The position numbers were made by a program, and so were the translations under genes. 64,000 nucleotides of DNA from Eledone cirrhosa (taxonomy: Eukaryota): NCBI GenBank assembly GCA_964016885.1, contig OZ024743.1, positions 236,778,001 through 236,842,000 of the forward strand. Reading direction: 5' to 3'. This document shows, one piece after another, positions 52,430-64,000 of this stretch; within the stretch, counting starts at the first letter, position 1; the number at the start of each line of letters is the position of its first letter. Below the pieces are notes generated by a model. The model was not told the DNA's origin. It worked only from the letters and a program-made list of their open reading frames with translations, and searched no databases.

Positions 52430-55400
52430 CTAAGTCTAAAGTCTGTCTTATTATAGACAGCTACAGTACTGATTAGTCTGTCTAAGTCTAAAGTCTGTCT
52501 TGTTATAGACAACTACAGTATTGATTAGTCTATCTAAGTCTAAAGTCTGTCTTATTATAGACAGCTACAGTATTGACAATTCTGTCTAAGTCTAAAGTCT
52601 GTCTTATTATAGACAGCTACAGTACTGATTAGTCTGTCTAAGTCTAAAGTCTGTCTTGTTATAGACAGCTACAGTACTGATTAGTCTGTCTAAGTCTAAA
52701 GTATGTCTTGTTATAAACAACTACAGTATTGATTAGTCTGTCTAAGTCTAAAGTCTGTGTTGTTATAGACAGCTACAGTATTGATTAGTCTGTCTAAGTT
52801 TAAAGTCTTTCTTATTATAGACAGCTACAGTACTGATTAGTCTGTCTAAGTCTAAAGTCTGTGTTATTATAGACAGCTACAGTATTGACAATTCTCTCTA
52901 AGTCTAAAGTCTGTCTTATTATAGACAGCTACAGTATTGATTAGTCCGTCTAAGTCTAAAGTCTGTCTTATTATAGACAGTGACAGTACTGATTAGTCCG
53001 TCTAAGTCTAAAGTCTGTCTTATTATAGACAGATACAGTATTGACAATTCTCTCTAAGTCTAAAGTCTGTCTTATTATAGACAGCTACAGTATTGATTAG
53101 TCTATTTAAGTCTAAAGTCTGTCTTATTATAGACAGCTACAGTACTGATTAGTCTGTCTAAGTCTAAAGTATGTCTTGTTATAGACAGCTACAGCATTGA
53201 TTAGTCTGTCTAAGTCTAAAGTCTGTCTTATTATAGACAGCTACAGTATTGATTAGTCTGTCTATGTCTAAAGTCTGTCTTATTATAGACAGTGACAGGA
53301 CTGATTAGTCCGTCTAAGTCTAAAGTCTGTCTTATTATAGACAGCTACAGTATTGACAATTCTGTCTCAGTCTGAAGTCCGTCTTGTTATAGACAGCTAC
53401 AGTATTGATTAGTCTGTCTAAGTCTAAAGTCTGTCTTATTATAGACAGCTACAGTATTGACAATTCTGTCTAAGTCTAAAGTCTGTCTTGTTATAGACAG
53501 CTACAGTATTGATTAGTCTGTCTAAGTTTAAAGTCTTTCTTATTATAGACAGCTACAATACTGATTAGTCTGTCTATGTCTAAAGTCTGTCTTATTATAG
53601 ACAGCTACAGTATTGACAATTCTCTCTAAGTCTAAAGTCTGTCTTATTATAGACAGCTACAGTATTGATTAGTCTGTTTCAGTCTAAAGTCTGCCTTAAT
53701 ATAGACAGCTACAGTACTGATTAGTCTGTCTAAGTCTAAAGTCGGTCTTGTTATACACAGCTACAGTATTGATTAGTCTGTCTAAGTCTAAAGTCTGGCT
53801 TATTATAGACAGCTACAGTACTGATTAGTCTGTCTAAGTCTAAAGTCTGTCTTGTTATAGACAGTTACAGTATTGATTAGTCTGTATAAGTCTAAAGTCT
53901 GTCTCATTATAGACCGCTACAGTATTGACAATAATATCTAAGTCTAAAGTATGTCTTATTATAGACAGCTACAGTACTGATTAGTCTGTCTAAGTCTAAA
54001 TCTGTCCTGTTATAGACAACTACAGTATTGATTAGTCTGTCTAAGTCTAAATCTGTCTTATTATAGACAGCTACAGTATTGACAATTCTGTCTAAGTCTA
54101 AAGTCTGTCTTGTTATAGACAGCTACAGTATTGATTAGTCTGACTAAGTCTAAAGTCTGTCTTATTATAGACAGCTACAGCATTGATAATTCTGTCTCAG
54201 TCTGAAGTCCGTCTTGTTATAGACAGCTACAGAATTGATTAGTCTGTCTAAGTCTAAAGTCTGTCTTATTATAGACAGCTACAGTATTGACAATTCTGTC
54301 TAAGTCTAAAGTCTGTCTTGTTATAGACAGCTACAGTATTGATTAGTCTGTCTAAGTTTAAAGTCTTTCTTATTATAGACAGCTACAGTACTGATTAGTC
54401 TGTCTATGTCTAAAGTCTGTCTTATTATAGACAGCTACAGTATTGACAATTCTCTCTAAGTCTAAAGTCTGTCTTATTATAGACAGCTACAGTACTGATT
54501 AGTCTGTCTAAGTCTAAAGTCTGTCTTATTATAGACAGCTACAGTACTGATTAGTCTGTCTAAGTCTAAAGTCTGTCTTGTTATAGACAACTACAGTATT
54601 GATTAGTCTATCTAAGTCTAAAGTCTGTCTTATTATAGACAGCTACAGTATTGACAATTCTGTCTAAGTCTAAAGTCTGTCTTATTATAGACAGCTACAG
54701 TACTGATTAGTCTGTCTAAGTCTAAAGTCTGTCTTGTTATAGACAGCTACAGTACTGATTAGTCTGTCTAAGTCTAAAGTATGTCTTGTTATAAACAACT
54801 ACAGTATTGATTAGTCTGTCTAAGTCTAAAGTCTGTGTTGTTATAGACAGCTACAGTATTGATTAGTCTGTCTAAGATTAAAGTCTTTCTTATTATAGAC
54901 AGCTACAGTACTGATTAGTCTGTCTAAGTCTAAAGTCTGTGTTATTATAGACAGCTACAGTATTGACAATTCTCTCTAAGTCTAAAGTCTGTCTTATTAT
55001 AGACAGCTACAGTATTGATTAGTCCGTCTAAGTCTAAAGTCTGTCTTATTATAGACAGTGACAGTACTGATTAGTCCGTCTAAGTCTAAAGTCTGTCTTA
55101 TTATAGACAGATACAGTATTGACAATTCTCTCTAAGTCTAAAGTCTGTCTTATTATAGACAGCTACAGTATTGATTAGTCTATTTAAGTCTAAAGTCTGT
55201 CTTATTATAGACAGCTACAGTACTGATTAGTCTGTCTAAGTCTAAAGTATGTCTTGTTATAGACAGCTACAGCATTGATTAGTCTGTCTAAGTCTAAAGT
55301 CTGTCTTATTATAGACAGCTACAGTATTGATTAGTCTGTCTATGTCTAAAGTCTGTCTTATTATAGACAGTGACAGGACTGATTAGTCCGTCTAAGTCTA

Positions 55401-56610
55401 AAGTCTGTCTTATTATAGACAGCTACAGTATTGACAATTCTGTCTAAGTCTAAAGTCTGTCTTGTTATAGACAGCTACAGTATTGATTAGTCTGTCTAAG
55501 TCTAAAGTCTGTCTTATTATAGACAGCTACAGCATTGATAATTCTGTCTCAGTCTGAAGTCCGTCTTGTTATAGACAGCTACAGTATTGATTAGTCTGTC
55601 TAAGTCTAAAGTCTGTCTTATTATAGACAGCTACAGTATTGACAATTCTGTCTAAGTCTAAAGTCTGTCTTGTTATAGACAGCTACAGTATTGATTAGTC
55701 TGTCTAAGTTTAAAGTCTTTCTTATTATAGACAGCTACAATACTGATTAGTCTGTCTATGTCTAAAGTCTGTCTTATTATAGACAGCTACAGTATTGACA
55801 ATTCTCTCTAAGTCTAAAGTCTGTCTTATTATAGACAGCTACAGTATTGATTAGTCTGTTTCAGTCTAAAGTCTGCCTTAATATAGACAGCTACAGTACT
55901 GATTAGTCTGTCTAAGTCTAAAGTCGGTCTTGTTATACACAGCTACAGTATTGATTAGTCTGTCTAAGTCTAAAGTCTGGCTTATTATAGACAGCTACAG
56001 TACTGATTAGTCTGTCTAAGTCTAAAGTCTGTCTTGTTATAGACAGTTACAGTATTGATTAGTCTGTATAAGTCTAAAGTCTGTCTCATTATAGACCGCT
56101 ACAGTATTGACAATAATATCTAAGTCTAAAGTATGTCTTATTATAGACAGCTACAGTACTGATTAGTCTGTCTAAGTCTAAATCTGTCCTGTTATAGACA
56201 ACTACAGTATTGATTAGTCTGTCTAAGTCTAAATCTGTCTTGTTATAGACAGCTACAGTATTGATTAGTCTGACTAAGTCTAAAGTCTGTCTTATTATAG
56301 ACAGCTACAGCATTGATAATTCTGTCTCAGTCTGAAGTCCGTCTTGTTATAGACAGCTACAGTATTGATTAGTCTGTCTAAGTCTAAAGTCTGTCTTATT
56401 ATAGACAGCTACAGTATTGACAATTCTGTCTAAGTCTAAAGTCTGTCTTGTTATAGACAGCTACAGTATTGATTAGTCTGTCTAAGTTTAAAGTCTTTCT
56501 TATTATAGACAGCTACAGTACTGATTAGTCTGTCTATGTCTAAAGTCTGTCTTATTATAGACAGCTACAGTATTGACAATTCTCTCTAAGTCTAAAGTCT
56601 GTCTTATTAT
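52430..56610. repeat. Tandem duplication of about 2.1 kb (40-42 monomers)
   Basis: ATAAAC 52713/54791 and AGATACAG 53031/55109 give offset 2,078. GTCGGTCTTGTTATACAC 53741/55923, GTATAAG 53884/56066 and GTCCTGTT 54004/56186 give offset 2,182. Confidence 0.88.
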
Positions 56611-59600
56611 AGACAGCTACAGTATTGATTAGTCTGTTTCAGTCTAAAGTCTGCCTTAATATAGACAGCTACAGTACTGATTAGTCTGTCTAAGTCTAAA
56701 GTCTGTCTTGTTATACACAGCTACAGTATTGATTAGTCTGTCTAAGTCTAAAGTCTGTCTTATTATAGACAGCTAGAGTATTGATTAGTCAGTCTAAGTC
56801 TAAAGTCTGTCTTATTATAGACAGCTACAGTATTGACAATTCTGTCTATGTCTAAAATCTGTCTTGTTATAGACAGCTACAGTATTGACAATTCTGTCTA
56901 AGTCTAAAGTCTATCTTATTATAGACAGCTACAGTACTGATTAGTCTGTCTAAGTCTAAAGTCTGTCTTATTATAGACAGCTACAGTACTGATTAGTCTG
57001 TCTAAGTCTAAAGTCTGTCTTATTATAGACCGCTACAGTATTGACAATAATGTCTAAATCTAAAGTCTGTCTTATTATAGACAGCTACAGTACTGATTAG
57101 TCTGTCTAATTCTAAAGTCTGTCTTGTTATAGACAGCTACAGTACTGATTAGTCTGTCTAAGTCTAAAGTCTGTCTTGTTATAGACAGCTACAGCATTGA
57201 TTAGTCTGTCTAAGTCTAAAGTCTGTCTTATTATAGACAGCTACAGTATTGATTAGTCTGTCTAAGTCTAAAGTCTGTCTTATCATAGACAGCTACAGTA
57301 CTTATTAGTCTGTCTAAGTCTAAAGTCTGTCTTATTATAGACAGCTACTGTATTGAGAATTCTGTCTAAGTCTAAAGTCTGTCTTGTTATAGAGGGCTAC
57401 AGTATTGATTAGTCTGTCTAAGTCTAAAGTCTGTCTTGTTATAGACAACTACAGTATTGATTAGTCTGTCTAAGTCTAAAGTCTGTCTTATTATAGACCG
57501 CTACAGTATTGACAATAATGTCTAAGTCTAAAGTCTGTCTTGTTATAGACAGCTACAGTATTGATTAGTCTGTCTAAATCTAAAGTCTGTCTTGTTATAG
57601 ACAGTTACAGTATTGATTAGTCTGTCTAAGTCAAAAGTCTGTCTTGTAGACAGTTACAGTATTGATTAGTCTGTCTAAGTCTAAAGTCTGTCTTGCTATA
57701 GACAGCTACAGTATTGACAATTCTGTCTAAGTCTAAAGTATGTCTTATTATAGACAGCTACATTGTTGATTAGTCTGTCTAAGTCTAAAGTATGTCTTAT
57801 TATAGACAGCTACAGTACTGATTAGTCTGTCTAAGTCTAAAGTCTGTCTTGTTATAGACAGCTACAGTATTGACAATTCTGTCTAAGTCTAAAGTCTGTC
57901 TTATTATAGACAGCTACAGTATTGATTAGTCTATCTAAGTCTAAAGTCTGTCTTGTTATAGACAGCTCCAGTATTGATTAGTCTGTCTAAGTCTAAAATC
58001 TGTCTTGTTATAGACAGCTACAGTATTGATTAGTCTGTCTAAGTCTAAAGTCTGTCTTGTTATAGACAGCTACAGTATTGATTAGTCTGTCGATGTCTAA
58101 AGTCTGTCTTGTTATGGACAGCTACAGTATTGATGAGTCTGTCTAAGTCTAAAGTCTGTCTTGTTATAGACAGCTACTGTATTGATTAGTCTGTCTAAGT
58201 CTAAAGTCTGTCTTATTATAGACAGCTACAGTAATGATTCGTCTGTCTAAGTCTAAAGTCTGTCTTGTTATAGACAGCTACAGTACTGATTAGTCTGTCT
58301 AAGTCTAAAGTCTGTCTTGTTATAGACAACTACACTATTGATTAGTCTGTCTAAGTCTAAAGTCTGTCTTGTTATAGACAGCTACAGTATTGATTAGTCT
58401 TTCTAAGTTTAAAGTCTTTCTTATTATAGACAGCTACAGTACTGATTAGTCTGTCTAAGTCTAAAGTCTGTCTTATTATAGACAGCTACAGTATTGACAA
58501 TTCTCTCTAAGTCTAAAGTCTGTCTTATTATAGACAGCTACAGTACTGATTAGTCTGTCTAAGTCTAAAGTCTGTCTTGTTATAGACAGCTACAGTATTG
58601 ATTAGTCTGTCTAAGTCTAAAATCTGTCTTGTTATAGACAGCTACAGTATTGATTAGTCTGTCTAAGTCTAAAGTCTGTCTTGTTATAGACAGCTACAGT
58701 ATTGATTAGTCTGTCGAAGTCTAAAGTCTGTCTTGTTATGGACAGCTACAGTATTGATTAGTCTGTATAAGTCTAAAGTCTGTCTTATTATAGACAGCTA
58801 CAGTATTGATTAGTCTGTCTAAGTTTAAAGTCTTTCTTATTATAGACAGCTACAGTACTGATTAGTCTGTCTATGTCTAAAGTCTGTCTTATTATAGACA
58901 GCTACAGTATTGACAATTCTCTCTAAGTCTAAAATCTGTCTTATTATAGACAGCTACAGTATTGATTAGTCTGTTTCAGTCTAAAGTCTGCCTTAATATA
59001 GACAGCTACAGTACTGATTAGTCTGTCTAAGTCTAAAGTCTGTCTTGTTATACACAGCTACAGTATTGATTAGTCTGTCTAAGTCTAAAGTCTGTCTTAT
59101 TATAGACAGCTAGAGTATTGATTAGTCAGTCTAAGTCTAAAGTCTGTCTTGTTATAGACAGCTACAGTATTGACAAATCTGTCTATGTCTAAAGTCTGTC
59201 TTTTTATAGACCGCTACAGTATTGACAATAATGTCTAAGTCTAAAGTCTGTCTTATTATAGACCGCTACAGTATTGACAATAATGTCTAAGTCTGAATTC
59301 TGTCTTATTATAGACAGCTACACTACTGATTTGTCTGTCTAAGTCTAAAGTTTGTCTTGTTATAGACAACTACAGTATTGATTAGTCTGTCTAAGTCTAA
59401 AGTCTGTCTTATTATAGACAGCTACAGTATTGACAATTCCGTCTAAGTCTAAAGTCTGTATTATTATAGAGAGCTACAGTACTGATTAGTCTGGCTAATT
59501 CTAAAGTCTGTCTTGTTATAGACAGCTACAGTATGATTAGTCTGTCTAAGTCTAAAGTCTGTCTTGTTATAGACAGCTACAGCATTGATTAGTCTGTCTA

Positions 59601-62600
59601 AGTCTAAAGTCTGTCTTATTATAGACAGCTACAGTATTGATTAGTCTGTCTAAGTCTAGAGTGTGTCTTGTTATAGACAGCTACAGCATTGATTAGTCTG
59701 TCTAAGTCTAATGTCTGTCTTATTATAGACAGCTACAGTATTGATTAGTCTGTCTAAGTCTAAAGTCTGTCTTATTATAGACAGTGACAGTACTGATTCG
59801 TCCGTCTAAGTCTAAAGTCTGTCTTATTATAGACAGCTACAGTATTGACAATTCTCTCTAAGTCTAAAGTCTGTCTTATTATAGACAGCTACAGTATTGA
59901 TTAGTCTGTCTAAGTCTAAAGTCTGTCTTATTATAGAGAGTGACAGTACTGATTAGTCCGTCTAAGTCTAAAGTCTGTCTTATTATAGACAGCTACAGTA
60001 TTGACAATTCTGTCTACGTCTAAAGTCTATCTTGTTATAGACAGCTACAGTATTGATTAGTCTGTCTAAGTCTAATGTCTGTCTTATTATAGACAGCTAC
60101 AGTATTGACAATTCTGTCTAAGTCTAAAGTCTGTCTTGTTATAGACAGCTACAGTATTGATTAGTCTGTCTAAGTCTAAAGTCTGTCTTATTATAGACAG
60201 CTACAGCATTGATAATTCTGTCTCAGTCTGAAGTCCGTCTTGTTATAGACAGCTACAGTATTGATTAGTCTGTCTAAGTCTAAAGTCTGTCTTGTTATAG
60301 ACAGCTACAGTATTGATTAGTCTGTCGAAGTCTAAAGTCTGTCTTGTTATGGACAGCTACAGTATTGATTAGTCTGTCTAAGTCTAAAGTCTGTCTTGTT
60401 ATAGACAGCTACAGTATTAATTAGTCTGTCTAAGTCTAAAGTCTGTCTTATTATAGACAGCTACAGTATTGACAATTCTGTGTAAGTCTAAAGTCTGTCT
60501 TATTATAGACAGCTACAGTACTGATTAGTCTGTCTAAGTCTAAAGTCTGTTTTGTTATAGACAACTACAGTATTGATTAGTCTGTCTAAGTCTAAAGTCT
60601 GTCTTATTATAGACAGCTACAGTACTGATTAGTCTGTCTAAGTCTAAAGTCTGTCTTATTATAGACAGCTACAGTAATGATTCGTCTGTCTAAGTCTAAA
60701 GTCTGTGTTGTTATAGACAGCTACAGTACTGATTAGTCTGTCTAAGTCTAAAGTCTGTCTTGTTATAGACAACTACACTATTGATTAGTCTGTCTAAGTC
60801 TAAAGTCTGTCTTGTTATAGACAGCTACAGTATTGATTAGTCTTTCTAAGTTTAAAGTCTTTCTTATTATAGACAGCTACAGTACTGATTAGTCTGTCTA
60901 AGTCTAAAGTCTGTCTTATTATAGACAGCTACAGTATTGACAATTCTCTCTAAGTCTAAAGTCTGTCTTATTATAGACAGCTACAGTACTGATTAGTCTG
61001 TCTAAGTCTAAAGTATGTCTTGTTATAGACAGCTACAGCATTGATTAGTCTGTCTAAGTCTAAAGTCTGTCTTGTTATAGACAGCTACAGTATTGATTAG
61101 TCTGTCTAAGTCTAAAATCTGTCTTGTTATAGACAGCTACAGTATTGATTAGTCTGTCTAAGTCTAAAGTCTGTCTTGTTATAGACAGCTACAGTATTGA
61201 TTAGTCTGTCGAAGTCTAAAGTCTGTCTTGTTATGGACAGCTACAGTATTGATTAGTCTGTCTAAGTCTAAAGTCTGTCTTGTTATAGACAGCTACAGTA
61301 TTGATTAGTCTGTCTAAGTTTAAAGTCTTTCTTATTATAGACAGCTACAGTACTGATTAGTCTGTCTATGTCTAAAGTCTGTCTTATTAAAGACAGCTAC
61401 AGTATTGACAATTCTCTCTAAGTCTAAAGTCTGTCTTATTATAGACAGCTACAGTATTGATTAGTCTGTTTCAGTCTAAAGTCTGCCTTAATATAGACAG
61501 CTACAGTACTGATTAGTCTGTCTAAGTCTAAAGTCTGTCTTGTTATACACAGCTACAGTATTGATTAGTCTGTCTAAGTCTAAAGTCTGTCTTATTATAG
61601 ACAGCTAGAGTATTGATTAGTCAGTCTAAGTCTAAAGTCTGTCTTGTTATAGACAGCTACAGTATTGACAATTCTGTCTATGTCTAAAGTCTGTCTTTTT
61701 ATAGACCGCTACAGTATTGACAATATTGTCTAAGTCTAAAGTCTGTCTTATTATAGACCGCTACAGTATTGACAATAATGTCTAAGTCTAAAGTCTGTCT
61801 TATTATAGACAGCTACAGTACTGATTAGTCTGTCTAAGTCTAAAGTCTGTCTTGCTATAGACAGCTACAGTATTGACAATTCTGTCTAAGCCTAAAGTAT
61901 GTCTTATTATAGACAGCTACATTGTTGATTAGTCTGTCTAAGTCTAAAGTATGTCTTATTATAGACAGCTACAGTACTGATTAGTCTGTCTAAGTCTAAA
62001 GTCTGTCTTGTTATAGACAGCTACAGTATTAACAATTCTGTCTAAGTCTAAAGTCTGTCTTGTTATGGACAGCTACAGTATTGATTAGTCTGTCTAAGTC
62101 TAAAGTCTGTCTTGTTATAGACAGCTACAGTATTGATTAGTCTGTCTAAGTCTAAAGTCTGTCTTATTATAGACAGCTACAGTATTGACAATTCTGTGTA
62201 AGTCTAAAGTCTGTCTTATTATAGACAGCTACAGTACTGATTAGTCTGTCTAATTCTAAAGTCTGTCTTGTTATAGACAACTACAGTATTAATTAGTCTG
62301 TCTAAGTCTAAAGTCTGTCTTATTATAGACAGCTACAGTATTGACAATTCTGTCTAAGTCTAAAGTCTGTCTTATTATAGACAGCTACAGTAATGATTAG
62401 TCTGTCTAAGTCTAAAGTCTGTCTTGTTATAGACAGCTACAGTACTGATTAGTCTGTCTAAGTCTAAAGTCTGTCTTGTTATAGACAACTACACTACTGA
62501 TTAGTCTGTCTAAGTCTAAAGTCTGTCTTGTTGTAGACAGCTACAGTATTGATTAGTCTTTCTAAGTTTAAAGTCTTTCTTATTATAGACAGCTACAGTA

Positions 62601-64000
62601 CTGATTAGTCTGTCTAAGTCTAAAGTCTGTCTTATTATAGACAGCTACAGTATTGACAATTCTCTCTAAGTCTAAAGTCTGTCTTATTATAGACAGCTAC
62701 AGTACTGATTAGTCTGTCTAAGTCTAAAGTATGTCTTGTTATAGACAGCTACAGCATTGATTAGTCTGTCTAAGTCTAAAGTCTGTCTTGTTATAGACAG
62801 CTACAGTATTGATTAGTCTGTCTAAGTCTAAAATCTGTCTTGTTATAGACAGCTACAGTATTGATTAGTCTGTCTAAGTCTAAAGTCTGTCTTGTTATGG
62901 ACAGCTACAGTATTGATTCGTCTGTCTAAGTCTAAAGTCTGTCTTGTTATAGACAGCTACAGTATTGATTAGCCTGTCTAAGTTTAAAGTCTTTCTTATT
63001 ATAGACAGCTACAGTACTGATTAGTCTGTCTATGTCTAAAGTCTGTCTTATTATAGACAGCTACAGTATTGACAATTCTCTCTAAGTCTAAAGTCTGTCT
63101 TATTATAGACAGCTACAGTATTGATTAGTCTGTTTCAGTCTAAAGTCTGCCTTAATATAGACAGCTACAGTACTGATTAGTCTGTCTAAGTCTAAAGTCT
63201 GTCTTGTTATACACAGCTACAGTATTGATTAGTCTGTCTAAGTCTAAAGTCTGTCTTATTATAGACAGCTAGAGTATTGATTAGTCAGTCTAAGTCTAAA
63301 GTCTGTCTTGTTATAGACAGCTACAGTATTGACAATTCTGTCTATGTCTAAAGTCTGTCTTTTTATAGACCGCTACAGTATTGACAATAATGTCTAAGTC
63401 TAAAGTCTGTCTTATTATAGACCGCTACAGTATTGACAATAATGTCTAAGTCTGAAGTCTGTCTTATTATAGACAGCTACAGTACTGATTTGTCTGTCTA
63501 AGTCTAAAGTTTGTCTTGTTATAGACAACTACAGTATTGATTAGTCTGTCTAATTCTAAAGTCTGTCTTATTATAGACAGCTACAGTATTGACAATTCCG
63601 TCTAAGTCTAAAGTCTGTATTATTATAGAGAGATACAGTACTGATTAGTCTGTCTAATTCTAAAGTCTGTCTTGTTATAGACAGCAACAGCATTGATTAG
63701 TCTGTCTATGTCTAAAGTCTGTCTTATTATAGACAGCTACAGTATTGATTAGTCTGTCTAAGTCTAAAGTCTGTCTTATCATAGACAGCTACAGTACTTA
63801 TTAGTCTGTCTAAGTCTAAAGTCTGTCTTATTATAGACAGCTACAGTATTGACAATTCTCTCTAAGTCTAAATTCTGTCTTATTATAGACAGCTACAGTA
63901 TTGATTAGTCTGTTTAAGTCTAAAGTCTGTCTTATTATAGACAGCTACAGTACTGATTAGTCTGTCTAAGTCTAAAGTGTGTCTTGTTATAGACAGCTAC

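Larger units (their letters stand above)
1..64000. repeat. 52-bp tandem satellite array, about 1,230 head-to-tail monomers, truncated at both window edges
   Basis: Monomers start at 1, 53, 105, and the 60-nt line layout recurs every 13 lines (780 bp = 15 x 52). Consensus AGTCTGTCTAAGTCTAAAGTCTGTCTTRTTATAGACAGCTACAGTAYTGATT. Most copies differ by only a few substitutions, with rare 1-5 bp indels. No non-repeat sequence or orientation switch seen. Confidence 0.99.

Noticed and set aside
1-64000. CRISPR array (regular period, partly palindromic repeat)
   Set aside because: There are no unique spacers: all 52 positions are conserved between units. No leader or cas genes are present.
1-64000. Repetitive protein-coding ORF on either strand
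   Set aside because: 52 is not a multiple of 3, and each monomer has several stops on the + strand (TAA, TAG, TGA) and four on the - strand (TAG x3 plus TAA). Every frame closes within about two monomers.
1-64000. Telomeric repeat, rDNA/5S/tRNA-derived unit, or embedded transposon/MITE
   Set aside because: No G-rich telomeric motif, no recognisable Pol III A/B boxes or rRNA sequence, and no terminal repeats or non-satellite insert were seen.
1-64000. Pure sequencing artefact (rolling-circle concatemer or random read error)
   Set aside because: Variants recur as linked multi-site haplotypes in conserved order with nested descent, which random error would not produce. Individual near-identical duplications could still be misassembled.
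1-64000. A/G dimorphism at monomer position 28 as an information-bearing binary code
   Set aside because: The pattern is copied along with the duplicated blocks and is linked to neighbouring variants, so shared ancestry explains it without invoking function.

Overview
All 64,000 bp are one uninterrupted head-to-tail tandem array of a 52-bp monomer (about 1,230 copies, one orientation, running off both edges). Consensus on the + strand: AGTCTGTCTAAGTCTAAAGTCTGTCTTRTTATAGACAGCTACAGTAYTGATT (about 35% GC, no CpG). This is most consistent with eukaryotic satellite DNA; I cannot assign a species or a named satellite family. I see no genes, RNA genes, transposon insertions, CRISPR spacers or unique sequence. 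The interpretable signal lies in the monomer variants. They occur in conserved orders: a core cassette of about 9 monomers repeated about 27 times, inside a loose 4.7-5.7 kb super-unit. They also record nested duplications at offsets of about 624, 780, 2,078-2,182, 2,753, 3,480, 4,728-4,832, 5,406-5,614, 7,014 and 17,148 bp. One variant family flanks a separate central family, which suggests layered expansion. The monomer has an internal inverted repeat, and its commonest variants perfect short palindromes. I could not support a new coding or RNA system here, and functional ideas are labelled as inference. Counts and boundaries were read by eye and are approximate, to about one monomer.
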